Below, one piece after another: positions 1 to 9,007 of a DNA stretch of 64,000 bases. The notes below the pieces were generated by a model that saw nothing but the letters and a program-made list of their open reading frames with translations, searched no databases and was not told the DNA's origin. The stretch is taken from positions 160,001 through 224,000 of the forward strand of contig CAXXWS020000002.1 of NCBI GenBank assembly GCA_963665325.3. Direction: 5' to 3'. This DNA is from Alphaproteobacteria bacterium (GTDB taxonomy: Bacteria; Pseudomonadota; Alphaproteobacteria; Bin95). The first letter of the stretch is position 1. Every line of letters begins with the position of its first letter. The position numbers and the translations under genes are program-made.

Positions 1-522
1 CCCGAGTCGGCGGCGAGCGTGCATATCGGCCTTCCCGAGGCTCCGGGCGTCTCGTTGCTGGAGACGCTGAATCTGGGCGGCGTGTCCTCGGCGGAGGTGG
101 CGAAGAGCTGGCTCACGGCCAGCTATGCCGGCTATCCGGAGAAATACGCGCCCGCCTGCCGCGCGATCCTGTGCCGGCTGGCGGCGGATGACGCGCCGCC
201 GCTGCTCTTCCACTGCACCGCCGGCAAGGACCGCACCGGCTTCGCCGCCGCCGTGGTGCTGGAGGCGCTCGGCGTGCCGCGCGAGACGATCATGGAAGAC
301 TACCTCCTCACCAACCGCCACTGGGACCGCGGCAACCGCGAACCCGAAGGCCTCCCCCGAGAAATCTACGAGCCGGTGTTTTCAGCGAGGGAGGAATACC
401 TGTCGGCTTCATGGGCAACGCTGGACCGGGATTATGGCGGGCTGGAGGGCTGGCTGGACCGTGCCGTGGGTTTCGGCGCGGGGGACCGGGAACGGCTGAA
501 GGCGACGCTGCTGAAATATTAG
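1..522 (+). CDS. Tyrosine-protein phosphatase (Y_phosphatase3 family), 5'-truncated by window edge
   Basis: HCTAGKDRTG P-loop (HCxxGxxR) and DYLLTN motif; frame is open back to position 1. Confidence 0.9.
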   Translation, partial: PESAASVHIGLPEAPGVSLLETLNLGGVSSAEVAKSWLTASYAGYPEKYAPACRAILCRLAADDAPPLLFHCTAGKDRTGFAAAVVLEALGVPRETIMEDYLLTNRHWDRGNREPEGLPREIYEPVFSAREEYLSASWATLDRDYGGLEGWLDRAVGFGAGDRERLKATLLKY

Positions 523-613
523 CACCGTTCCTGTTTCGGACTTCCAGCATGCCCAATCGACCAAGTGTTGTCGCGAAACAACGTGGTTGCAATCATACTA
601 CTTCTCGACCGAC

Positions 614-1591
614 CTAGAAAATGCGTCGCGGACCAACATCACCATACTCCCATGTTTCGATAGGTGAGACGCTTGGGGGCAAATGCCGATTAACTATATC
701 CAGTACTACTTGATAACCGCGTTTCACCTCGTCGCTACGATCATCAATTCCGAAGCAAACGGCAGCACGAAGGTCGTCGTTTAATGGTAAGCTTGGTCGC
801 GAAGTCAGGCCCAACTCTACCCGTGCGTCGAGAAGATCTTGCACCTGCTTGATTAGTGATCGCGAATTATTCAGTCCTATATGCCACTCCCAAATGTATT
901 GCAATAATTGGAAAGGGGAGTAGTAGATTTCCGGCTCAGATCCCTTGGTATGCTTGAGTTCCACAAGAGTCAATCGTCCATCTGGGGAAATTGCAATCTG
1001 GTCAAGTTTTAGGGCGGTTTTCTTTGGCATTGCCCATCGCAATCCGGTGGAAGACTGCCGGTACAAATCATAATTCCTCATCAATTCTTTAAATGCAGAT
1101 TCTACGCCATCGAACAGCCTCAGCTCTTTCCTTTGGACAGTTGATTGATACTCCAAGCGAACCTCTCTATCGAATGGAGTCCAAGGATTTGTGATTCTAG
1201 ACCACTCCAATTGGACCGTCCCTTCCTTACTGATATGCTGTGAGCGGACGCTAACTTGATTCAAGTAAAGCTCTAATTCTTCCAAAAAATCTTCATCGTT
1301 TTCTCGCCAATTTTTCAAGAATCTCTGTCCACAATGTTGATTTTGATAGAATTTGTCCGCTGTCAATTTAATTTGATTATTTCTCTTTAGCCTCTTTATT
1401 ATTATCACTCTGGTCAATCCACAATAAACATGGATGCAATCAAGGCGGCGAAAATGCACATCCAATGATAAATCAGCAATTTTGGTGTTGCTGACAATTT
1501 CTAGAAATAATGAAAGATTACTTCTTGGATAAAATAACTTTTGTAATTCTGCGGATGGTGCTCGGTCAAACCAGAAATTTCGTTTCTGCAT
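614..1591 (-). CDS. AT-rich hypothetical protein, putative PD-(D/E)XK nuclease
   Basis: 325-aa ORF; KLDQIAISPDGRLTLVELK followed by QLLQY (D...ExK plus QxxxY); much lower GC than flanks. Confidence 0.65.
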   Translation of the reverse strand: MQKRNFWFDRAPSAELQKLFYPRSNLSLFLEIVSNTKIADLSLDVHFRRLDCIHVYCGLTRVIIIKRLKRNNQIKLTADKFYQNQHCGQRFLKNWRENDEDFLEELELYLNQVSVRSQHISKEGTVQLEWSRITNPWTPFDREVRLEYQSTVQRKELRLFDGVESAFKELMRNYDLYRQSSTGLRWAMPKKTALKLDQIAISPDGRLTLVELKHTKGSEPEIYYSPFQLLQYIWEWHIGLNNSRSLIKQVQDLLDARVELGLTSRPSLPLNDDLRAAVCFGIDDRSDEVKRGYQVVLDIVNRHLPPSVSPIETWEYGDVGPRRIF

Positions 1592-1615
1592 GTTGTTCTC
1601 CTAATGACTGGGACA

Positions 1616-2863
1616 CTAAATGTCGCACCACTCGCCATCCTCCCGCAGGACGACATTGTTGAAGAATTCCGGGAAGCGGCCGGTTTCGAATGAATGTATC
1701 GGAGTGAGGGCGCGGGGTGCAAGGGCGGCGGCGAAGCGTTGCAGGTCGGCGGCCGAGGCGTGGCCGGAGGTGTGGAGGACCTGCCACTCGATGCCATGCT
1801 GGCCGAGCCAGTCCAACACGCGGCGGGAGGAGTTCTCCTTCAGGTAGCCCCGCCACATCGAGTAGCTGAAGCCGGCGCCGTCCAACGCCGAGCGGACGCC
1901 ACCGTCGAGCCTCGCCATCGGACGGAACAGCATGACGGCGCGTTCGGCGAGGCCGGGCAGGTCTTCCGGATAAACGCGGTACCTGTGGTGCCGGTCGCGG
2001 TCCCGGAACAACTCCTTTTTCTTGATGAGCACTCGCTGGCTTTGCGGGATATAGACGCTGACCTCCGGCCAGTGCGATTGCGGGATGGTGTCCCGCCCCG
2101 TCGCTTCCAGCACCACCGCCGTGTAGAGGTCGATCAGGAGCACGCGGCCTGACTTCTTGGCGGCACGGAAGATCGTGACGATCCGGTCGATGTTCTGCGA
2201 GGAGGTCCAGACAAAGTGCATGCCCCCCGTCTGCCGAAAGGCCTCGACGAACCGTTCTTCGAGGTCCGACTCGGTCTCGAAGCCTTCCTCCGTGCCCGCC
2301 CGCCCGAGTGTCGTGCCCTCCATCAGCAGCACGTCGATGCCGGCGGGCGGGTCGCGGACCAGACGTTCGAACAGCGCCGCCTTGCGGCCGTGGGCGCGGA
2401 AGTCGCCGGAGTAGAAGACCCGTTTGCCGTCCGCTTCGACCAGCAGGGCGTAGGCGTCGAAGGCGCTGTGATCGACCAGAAAGGGCGTGACGCGGAACGG
2501 CCCGATCTCGACCGGCCGCCGGTCGGCGAGGAAATGCGGGTCGGTGAAGGCATGCCCGTTCGGCACCCACGCGCTCGCGGCCTTGAGGATGTTGTGCCCG
2601 GCTTCGCCGATCCACACCGGGATTTCCGGGCGGATATGCGCGGCCAGCCCGTAATGGTCCTGGTGGGCATGCGAGATCATGACGCCGAGCAGGCTGTCGT
2701 CGCGTTCCCGGAACCCGGGAACTTCGGGGAGCAGCGTCTCCTGCGCCTCGTCGGGCGCGTCGAGCGGCAGGCCGACATCGAGCACAATCCGCTTGCCCTG
2801 GGCCTCCGCCTCGATGCAGGTGCCGCCAATCTCCTGCGTGCCCCTGTGGATGCGTAGTCTCAT
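1616..2863 (-). CDS. MBL-fold beta-CASP metallo-hydrolase (RNase J-like, lacking C-terminal domain)
   Basis: EIGG, HAHQDH, DHS, SGD, MEGTT, HTSGH and PIH motifs. Confidence 0.85.
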   Translation of the reverse strand: MRLRIHRGTQEIGGTCIEAEAQGKRIVLDVGLPLDAPDEAQETLLPEVPGFRERDDSLLGVMISHAHQDHYGLAAHIRPEIPVWIGEAGHNILKAASAWVPNGHAFTDPHFLADRRPVEIGPFRVTPFLVDHSAFDAYALLVEADGKRVFYSGDFRAHGRKAALFERLVRDPPAGIDVLLMEGTTLGRAGTEEGFETESDLEERFVEAFRQTGGMHFVWTSSQNIDRIVTIFRAAKKSGRVLLIDLYTAVVLEATGRDTIPQSHWPEVSVYIPQSQRVLIKKKELFRDRDRHHRYRVYPEDLPGLAERAVMLFRPMARLDGGVRSALDGAGFSYSMWRGYLKENSSRRVLDWLGQHGIEWQVLHTSGHASAADLQRFAAALAPRALTPIHSFETGRFPEFFNNVVLREDGEWCDI

Positions 2864-2932
2864 CGCCGACGCTCCTTCGCTCGATACACTGTTTATTTCA
2901 GTTCGGCGGCCGAGAAGTTTACCGAATCAGCT

Positions 2933-2959
2933 GCGGCTTCTTGCGGAGGCCGCCTTTTC
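2933..2959 (+). terminator. Hairpin plus T tract resembling an intrinsic terminator
   Basis: GCGGCTTC-TTGCG-GAGGCCGC then CTTTTC. Confidence 0.35.
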
Positions 2960-3160
2960 GATTCCGGAGCGAAAGAAGGACCGGGAGGAATGCCGGGAAC
3001 GGATGGGGGATATGCGCCGGGAGCAGGGGCCGCATCGCCCCGGCCGGAACCCGGTCGCGGAAAAATCCTCGCGGGCGCGGGCCGCACGGCCTCCGGCCGC
3101 GCCATTCCCCCTTCGAAAGCCCATATTGCGCCCGCAAACCGCGTCCTGCGGCGTCCGGCG

Positions 3161-3601
3161 TTATTTCACGGTGACGGTAATCACCGCCGACATCACGGGC
3201 GGGGTGTGCGGGACATGGTTGTGGTCGCCCAGCACCAGCTGCAGCGTGTGCGCGCCGGGCGCCAGTTCCACGGTTGCCTCCGTCTGGCCGCCGCCGAAAT
3301 GCCGGTGGTTGTCGTCAGTCGTCACGCTGAAAAGCAGCTCTTCCTCACCGTCCTCGCCCTGGCCCATCGGCGGACGGTCGATCAGCAGGTGGTGGTGGCC
3401 GGTGCCTTCTTTTTCGATGCCGGCCGGCGCCACGCCCATGCCCGACAGGCCGAAGACGACCTTCACCGGGCTCGACACGGTGTCGCCGTCGGAAAGGTTC
3501 ACGAAATACACCACCGCGCCGGGGCTGGACGGCGCCCCCTGTGCGAAGGCCGCGCCCACGGCCGAAAGGGCGAACAGAGCGGCGAGAATTGCGGTTTTCA
3601 T
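3161..3601 (-). CDS. Exported DUF4399-family protein
   Basis: Signal peptide; GHHHLLID, HFGGGQTE and PGAHTLQLVLGD motifs. Confidence 0.85.
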   Translation of the reverse strand: MKTAILAALFALSAVGAAFAQGAPSSPGAVVYFVNLSDGDTVSSPVKVVFGLSGMGVAPAGIEKEGTGHHHLLIDRPPMGQGEDGEEELLFSVTTDDNHRHFGGGQTEATVELAPGAHTLQLVLGDHNHVPHTPPVMSAVITVTVK

Positions 3602-3702
3602 GGGCCTCGTCCTTAATTGTGTCAGATTGTCGCAAGCATACTATCGAACCGGGCCGATACCCAGCAGCAATGCGGGCTCTTCAATGCGTCCGCTCCCAGC
3701 GC

Positions 3703-5415
3703 TCAGTCCAGCAGCGTCTCGCCCGGTCGGATATGAGTGAAGGCGACCGGCTCCGAGGAGGCGGCGAGCGCGCCGCCCGCAAGGCGCACGGCCGTGTAGC
3801 GCGTGGTGTCGAGGTCACCCGTCTCGGGGAAGTCCTCCCGATAGTGCGCGCCGCGCGAGTCCTCGCGGGCGCGGGCGGCCGCCGTAATGGCGCGCGAGAC
3901 CGTCACCAGGCTCTCAAGGTTCAGCCGGTCGTGCCAGGCGAGGTTGAAGGCCCGGCCGCCGCCGGCCGCGCCGGCCGCGTCCACCTCCGCCGCCAGCCCG
4001 GCGAGCCCGGCTTCGGCGCGTTCGAGGCTTTCCGCCGAGCGCAATATGCCGACCTCATCCCACATCAGGTCCGCGAGCCGGTCCCGGATGCCGGCGAGGT
4101 CGCCGGGCGGGTGCTCGAACACAGCGAGGCAGCGCGCGGCCGCGGCCTCCAGCACCGCCTCGTCCGGGTCCGGAAAGGCGCTCTGCCGGGCTGCGTCTTC
4201 CGCCATCCGGTCGCCGGCGATGCCGCCATAGACCGTGGAGTTGGCGACGCCGTTGCCGCCGAGGCGGTTCGCGCCGTGGACGCCGCCCGTGTCCTCGCCG
4301 GCGGCGTAGAGGCCTGGCATGGCGGTCGTCGTATCGGGCTCGAAGGCGACGCCGCCCATCATGTAATGCGCCGTCGGCACCACCTCCACCAGCCCGCCCG
4401 CAAGGTCGAAGCCGCAGTCCCGGCAGCGCTCGACCATGCCCTTGAAGCGCCCGGCCACCGACTCAGGGCCGAGATGGGCCATCGAGATGTAGAGCCCGCC
4501 ATTTTCGGTCACGTTCCCTGCGCGCATCTCGCTCGCCATGGCGCGGCTGACGATGTCGCGGGTGGCGCGCTCCAGGCGGTCGTCGTAGCGCTCCATGAAG
4601 CGCGTGCCGTCGCCGCCGAGCAGGTATCCGCCGGCGCCGCGCAGGCCCTCCTCCAGCACCGTGCCGGTCATGCGGGTGCCGGGGCCGGCATAGAGCCCGG
4701 TCGGGTGGAACTGCACCATCTCCATGTCGCGCAGCGCGAGGCCCGCCTCCAGCGCCATCGCCATGCCGTCGCAGGTCTTGTCGCCCGACGGCGTGTGGTA
4801 GCGGTACATGGTGGGGCCGCCGCCGGTTGCGAGCAGCACGGCCTTCGCCCGCACGAAGCGCAGCGCACCGGTGCGAATGTCGATCAGCAGCACGCCGGCG
4901 AGCCTGGAGCCGTCGCGGGACGGGATCAGCGCCGCCGCCCGGTGCTCTTCCAGCCGCGTCACCGCCCGCGCCCAGACCTGCTCCATCAGCCGGTTGACGA
5001 TCTCGATGCCGGTCAGGTCCCCCTTGTGGACGGTGCGGTCGAAGGTCTGCCCGGCAAACGCCTTCTGGTGGATGCTGCCGTCGGGATTGCGGTCGAAATA
5101 GCAGCCGATCTCGTCTTCGAGCTCCCGGATGCGCGCCACTGCGCCCTCGACCAAGGTCCAGGCGAGCTCCTGGTGGTTGATCCAGGCGCCGCCCTCGATG
5201 GTGTCCATGAAATGGCGCTCGACGCTGTCGCCCGGCGCAAGCGCGACATTGTAGCCGCCCTGCACCATGCGGGTGCAGCCGCTCTTGCCGAGCAGGCCCT
5301 TGGCGGCGATGGCGATGTCGAGCGCCGGGTCGGCGCGGTAGGCGTGCAGGGCGGCGAACAGCCCGGCGCCGCCGGAGCCGAGGATCAGTATGTCCCGGTC
5401 CAGGCGCTCGATCAT
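3703..5415 (-). CDS. SdhA/FrdA/NadB-like flavoprotein subunit
   Basis: GSGGAG Rossmann motif, MVQFHPT, RDIVSR, HYMMGG, HGANRLGGN. Confidence 0.9.
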   Translation of the reverse strand: MIERLDRDILILGSGGAGLFAALHAYRADPALDIAIAAKGLLGKSGCTRMVQGGYNVALAPGDSVERHFMDTIEGGAWINHQELAWTLVEGAVARIRELEDEIGCYFDRNPDGSIHQKAFAGQTFDRTVHKGDLTGIEIVNRLMEQVWARAVTRLEEHRAAALIPSRDGSRLAGVLLIDIRTGALRFVRAKAVLLATGGGPTMYRYHTPSGDKTCDGMAMALEAGLALRDMEMVQFHPTGLYAGPGTRMTGTVLEEGLRGAGGYLLGGDGTRFMERYDDRLERATRDIVSRAMASEMRAGNVTENGGLYISMAHLGPESVAGRFKGMVERCRDCGFDLAGGLVEVVPTAHYMMGGVAFEPDTTTAMPGLYAAGEDTGGVHGANRLGGNGVANSTVYGGIAGDRMAEDAARQSAFPDPDEAVLEAAAARCLAVFEHPPGDLAGIRDRLADLMWDEVGILRSAESLERAEAGLAGLAAEVDAAGAAGGGRAFNLAWHDRLNLESLVTVSRAITAAARAREDSRGAHYREDFPETGDLDTTRYTAVRLAGGALAASSEPVAFTHIRPGETLLD

Positions 5416-5738
5416 GCGAAGGCGGCCGCCAGGAAGCCGAAACCCGCCAGCAGCGCGAGGCCGCCGGCGAGTGCGATGCGCGATTGCTGGCGGTCGGACC
5501 AGCGGCCGAACTCAAGCAGCAACAGGCGCAGGCCCCCCGTCAGGTGGAGCGCCAGCAGCACGACCAGCCCCGCCTCGGCGAGCTTGACCCAGGGGTTGTC
5601 CGTCCAGTCGAGCACGTCGTCGAGCCGGGCGCGCTCCACGGCGAGGCCGAGCACCAGGAAGTGGAACGGCAGGAACACCGCCAGCGCCACGCCGGAAAGC
5701 CGGTGCAGCAGGAAGGCCCACCAGGGTCCGCGTCTCAC
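5412..5738 (-). CDS. Sdh-like cytochrome b membrane anchor (SdhC-like)
   Basis: GTG start overlaps upstream stop; HRLSG and HLTGGLR motifs; hydrophobic helices. Confidence 0.8.
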   Translation of the reverse strand: MRRGPWWAFLLHRLSGVALAVFLPFHFLVLGLAVERARLDDVLDWTDNPWVKLAEAGLVVLLALHLTGGLRLLLLEFGRWSDRQQSRIALAGGLALLAGFGFLAAAFA

Positions 5739-6061
5739 AGCACGGCCGCCACGGCGCGCAGGCCGAGCGCCAGCAGCAGCAGGCCGAACAGCCCCATGGC
5801 GATGTCGAGCCCCGCGCCGCGCCACCGGCACCATTCGCTCAGCACGGCGCGCAGGCCGATGGGCGCATGCACGGCGGCTGCCAGCACGAACAGCCCATAG
5901 ACCGCGCCCCAGAACAGGCTGCCCTCGGTGCGCGACAGGATTTCCTCGGCCGAGAGCCCGCCCCGGACCGCATAGAGGACGGTGCCCAGATGCAGCAGCA
6001 CCAGCGGGGCCAGCACCATCGCCGAGAGGCGCTGAGCCGCGAACAGCCAGGCTTCCTTCAT
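5735..6061 (-). CDS. Sdh-like membrane anchor (SdhD-like)
   Basis: MKEAWLFAAQRLSA; HAPIGLR; three hydrophobic segments; ATGA overlap. Confidence 0.8.
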   Translation of the reverse strand: MKEAWLFAAQRLSAMVLAPLVLLHLGTVLYAVRGGLSAEEILSRTEGSLFWGAVYGLFVLAAAVHAPIGLRAVLSEWCRWRGAGLDIAMGLFGLLLLALGLRAVAAVL

Positions 6062-6774
6062 TGCTGCCGTTCCCGTGTCCGGCCGCCGAGCGCGCGGCGG
6101 AAGACCTCGCGCTTCAGGCCGGCGATGGCGGCGGTCGGGTTGAGGCCGGTCGGGCAGGCGTTGGCGCATTCCTGGTGGCTGCGGCAGAGATGGCAGCCCG
6201 CGCCGGCGGCATCCAGATGGCCGTCGCGGTCGCCGTCGCGCCGGTCGTTCACCAGCGTCCAGAGGCGGTTGAGCACGGCCGGCCCCGGATAGTCCGGGTT
6301 CCAGGCTACGCTGTCGCAGGCGGCGTAGCAGACGGCGCAATTGATGCACTCGATGCCGGCGTCGGCGGCCTTGCGCTCGGGCTCGTCCGGGCGGACCGGC
6401 GCGTCCGGGGGCTCCGCGGCAGGGACGAAGCGCGCCTCCGCGTCGCGCCACTTCTCGAAGAAGGGCGCCATGTCCACCGCGAGGTCCTTGATGACCGGCA
6501 GGTTGCGCAGCGGCCCGATCCGCACCCGGCCCTTGCGGGCGGCCAGCGACACATGGGTGCGGCAGGTCCAGCGCGGGCGGCCGTTGACGGTCATCGCGCA
6601 GGAACCGCACATGCCCACCCGGCAGGCGAAACGGTAGGCGAGCGAGGGGTCGATATGGCGCTGCACGTGGGTCACAACGTCAAGCACGGTCTGGTTCGCC
6701 TCGTGCGGCACGGAGTAGCGCCGCCAGGCGCCGTCCTCGCCCCCGCGCCAGATTTCGACCTCGAGCACTGCCAT
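6058..6774 (-). CDS. Sdh/Frd-like iron-sulfur subunit
   Basis: CRVGMCGSC, CINCAVCYAAC and CRSHQECANACP cluster motifs. Confidence 0.9.
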   Translation of the reverse strand: MAVLEVEIWRGGEDGAWRRYSVPHEANQTVLDVVTHVQRHIDPSLAYRFACRVGMCGSCAMTVNGRPRWTCRTHVSLAARKGRVRIGPLRNLPVIKDLAVDMAPFFEKWRDAEARFVPAAEPPDAPVRPDEPERKAADAGIECINCAVCYAACDSVAWNPDYPGPAVLNRLWTLVNDRRDGDRDGHLDAAGAGCHLCRSHQECANACPTGLNPTAAIAGLKREVFRRALGGRTRERQQ

Positions 6775-6790
6775 GACGGGCTCATCGTAG

Positions 6791-6819
6791 CCGGTTTTGA
6801 CAAGCCGGGGGCAAGTGCG
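6791..6819 (+). repeat. 29-bp direct repeat, left copy
   Basis: CCGGTTTTGACAAGCCGGGGGCAAGTGCG, identical to 8168-8196. Confidence 0.95.
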
Positions 6820-6821
6820 CG

Positions 6822-7985
6822 TCATGCCGCCGCGAGCAGTTGCGCCAGTTCGCCAAGGCCGATCGCCTCGACCCCTTCGCTCTTGAGGTAACGATCATCG
6901 CCCGAATAAACGACGAAGGAGCGCTCCGGTTCGAGGTCTTCGCGCGCATGGTGGAATCCCCTGTCGAGCCTTGGTGCCAAGCCGCGCTTAATTTCCACGG
7001 CCCACAGCCTTCCGCCCGGCATCTCCAGCACCAGGTCGATTTCAGCGCCGGCGGCAGTTCGGTAGAACCACGCCTTTGCCCGCTCCGGCGCCGCGCCAAG
7101 CAGATTTTCCAGCACGAACCCTTCCCAGCTTCCGCCGGCGACCGGATGGCCCAGAACCGCATCCCGGTCATCGAGGCCGAGCAGCGCGTGGACGATGCCA
7201 CTGTCGCGGACATAGACCTTCGGGGATTTCACCAGGCGCTTGCCGACATTGGCGTGGAAAGGCGGCAGGCGCCGCACCAGCAGGAGATCGACAAGCAGGT
7301 CGAGATAGCGGGCGATCGTCTTGCCATCGACGGCAAGGCCGCGTGCGAGATGGGCGGCGTTGAGCGCGGCGCCCTGCATGTGCGCGAGCATGGTCCAGAA
7401 GCGGCGCAACGTTTCCGCAGGCACGCGCGGCCCGAGTTGCGGGATGTCGCGTTCCAGGTAGGTGCGGACGAAATTCTCCCGCCAGACCGCGCTGGCGTCG
7501 TCGCTGTCGGCGAGAAAGCTGTCCGGGAATCCGCCCCGGATCCAGAGTTTCTCGCGCGCATCGCCATCGACTTCGAGAACGTTGAACGGCTCCAACTCGA
7601 CATAGGCAATGCGGCCGGCAAGGGATTCTCCCGATTGCCTGAGCAGGTCGATGGAAGCCGAGCCCAGCAACAGGAATCGGCCCGTCCGGATGTTACGGCG
7701 GCGGCCCTTGTCGATGAGGCCGCGAAGCGTCTGGAACAGCTCCGGCGCCCGCTGCACCTCGTCGAGGATGACCAGCCTGTCTTCATGCCCGGAGAGGTAA
7801 AGGGCGGCATCGCTCAGCTTCGCGCGGTCCGCGGCATCCTCAAGATCGAGATAGACGCTCGTCCGCTCTTCGGCGACGAAATGGGCCAGCGTAGTCTTGC
7901 CCGCCTGGCGTGGGCCGAGTACGGCTACGGCCGGAAAGCGATCCAGCCGGGCGCGAACGAGCAGCGATTTCCCGCGCGGTATCAT
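6822..7985 (-). CDS. AAA_14/DUF4143 ATP-binding protein
   Basis: GPRQAGKT Walker A, ILDEVQ Walker B, LLGSAS, GGFP, KSPKVY, EIDLV...VEIK. Confidence 0.9.
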   Translation of the reverse strand: MIPRGKSLLVRARLDRFPAVAVLGPRQAGKTTLAHFVAEERTSVYLDLEDAADRAKLSDAALYLSGHEDRLVILDEVQRAPELFQTLRGLIDKGRRRNIRTGRFLLLGSASIDLLRQSGESLAGRIAYVELEPFNVLEVDGDAREKLWIRGGFPDSFLADSDDASAVWRENFVRTYLERDIPQLGPRVPAETLRRFWTMLAHMQGAALNAAHLARGLAVDGKTIARYLDLLVDLLLVRRLPPFHANVGKRLVKSPKVYVRDSGIVHALLGLDDRDAVLGHPVAGGSWEGFVLENLLGAAPERAKAWFYRTAAGAEIDLVLEMPGGRLWAVEIKRGLAPRLDRGFHHAREDLEPERSFVVYSGDDRYLKSEGVEAIGLGELAQLLAAA

Positions 7986-8087
7986 CCTTGTAAATATGGC
8001 ACAAGATACCAGAATTACAAGGATATTCAGGGTTCATATTTTGGATGTCCTCGTAAATATGGCATTGTGTGCCGGAATTGCAGGGAT
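7984..8087. promoter_or_regulatory. Tandem palindromic operator-like units (63-bp period) upstream of AAA_14 gene
   Basis: ATCCTTGTAA-N21-TTACAAGGAT (7984-8024) and degenerate copy GTCCTCGTAA-N21-TTGCAGGGAT (8047-8087). Confidence 0.65.
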
Positions 8088-8167
8088 GATGCCAGGAAAA
8101 GGCCATCGATTCCTCGGAATCCGGTAACACCGCGCAGACTGCTATATCGACGGGAACTTCGGGCTCC

Positions 8168-8196
8168 CCGGTTTTGACAAGCCGGGGGCAAGTGCG
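8168..8196 (+). repeat. 29-bp direct repeat, right copy (contains TTGACA)
   Basis: Identical to 6791-6819; TTGACA at 8174-8179 with TTTCAT 17 bp downstream. Confidence 0.95.
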
Positions 8197-8200
8197 TTTC

Positions 8201-9007
8201 ATGGCTGGCATGACCATGCTTCAGAGAAACGGTTACGCGCTCCATATGGAAACGGTGGACCTCGTGCCGCCCTGGAACGCACCCGGCGAGGCCGTGCTGT
8301 TCTGCCACGGCGTCGCGGTGGATTGCGACATCTGGTCCGGATGGCTGCCGGGCCTGATCGACCGGTTCCGAATCGCGCGCTTCGACCTTTGCGGCTTTGG
8401 GCGCTCGACCCTGCCGGGAGCCGGCCACCGCTGGTCATTCGACGGGCTTGCGGACGACATCATGGCGGTTGCAGACGCGGCCGGTTTCGAGCGCTTCCAC
8501 CTGGTCGGCGAGTCGCTCGGCGGCACGACCTGCCTGTTCACGGCCGCCAGGGAGCCGGAGCGGATTGCGAGTGTGTGCGCCTGCTCCACCGGCCATTACG
8601 GGCCGGCGATCCGGAATGTGGCCGTCTGGCGCGCGGCGGTTGAGGCGGGCGGCATGGAGCGCTGGTCGGAGGAGATGGTCGAACGCCGTTTCGCGGACGG
8701 CAGGGTCGGCACTGCCGAACGGCGATGGACCCATGAGGTCCAGAGCCGCACCGCTGCCTCGTCGCTGCTGGATGCCGCCGACCTGCTGATGGGTGCGGAG
8801 CTGTCCGACACCTTCCGGCGTATCGCCTGCCCGGTGCTGCTGCTACATCCCGACTCGAGCCCGTTCCTGCCGATGACTGTCGCTGCCGACCTGCTGGACG
8901 TGCTGCCGGATGCGCGCCTGCAGGTGTTCCCCGGCGCCCGCCACGGCATTGCGCTCAGCCATGCGGCGGAGGGCGCACAGGCGTTTCGGGAATTCGCCGT
9001 CGCCTGA
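8201..9007 (+). CDS. Alpha/beta hydrolase
   Basis: CHG, DLCGFGRS, GESLGG nucleophile elbow, C-terminal His (GARH); start among ATGs at 8201/8210/8216. Confidence 0.9.
   Translation: MAGMTMLQRNGYALHMETVDLVPPWNAPGEAVLFCHGVAVDCDIWSGWLPGLIDRFRIARFDLCGFGRSTLPGAGHRWSFDGLADDIMAVADAAGFERFHLVGESLGGTTCLFTAAREPERIASVCACSTGHYGPAIRNVAVWRAAVEAGGMERWSEEMVERRFADGRVGTAERRWTHEVQSRTAASSLLDAADLLMGAELSDTFRRIACPVLLLHPDSSPFLPMTVAADLLDVLPDARLQVFPGARHGIALSHAAEGAQAFREFAVA

Noticed and set aside
487-3005. CCGGGAACGG(C/A)TG shared between the phosphatase 3' end and 2993-3005 as a possible flanking duplication
   Set aside because: Only 12/13 bp in GC-rich DNA; not distinguishable from chance by eye.
3541-6891. 1116-aa plus-strand ORF
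   Set aside because: Antisense shadow of the Sdh-like operon caused by high-GC codon bias; no motifs.
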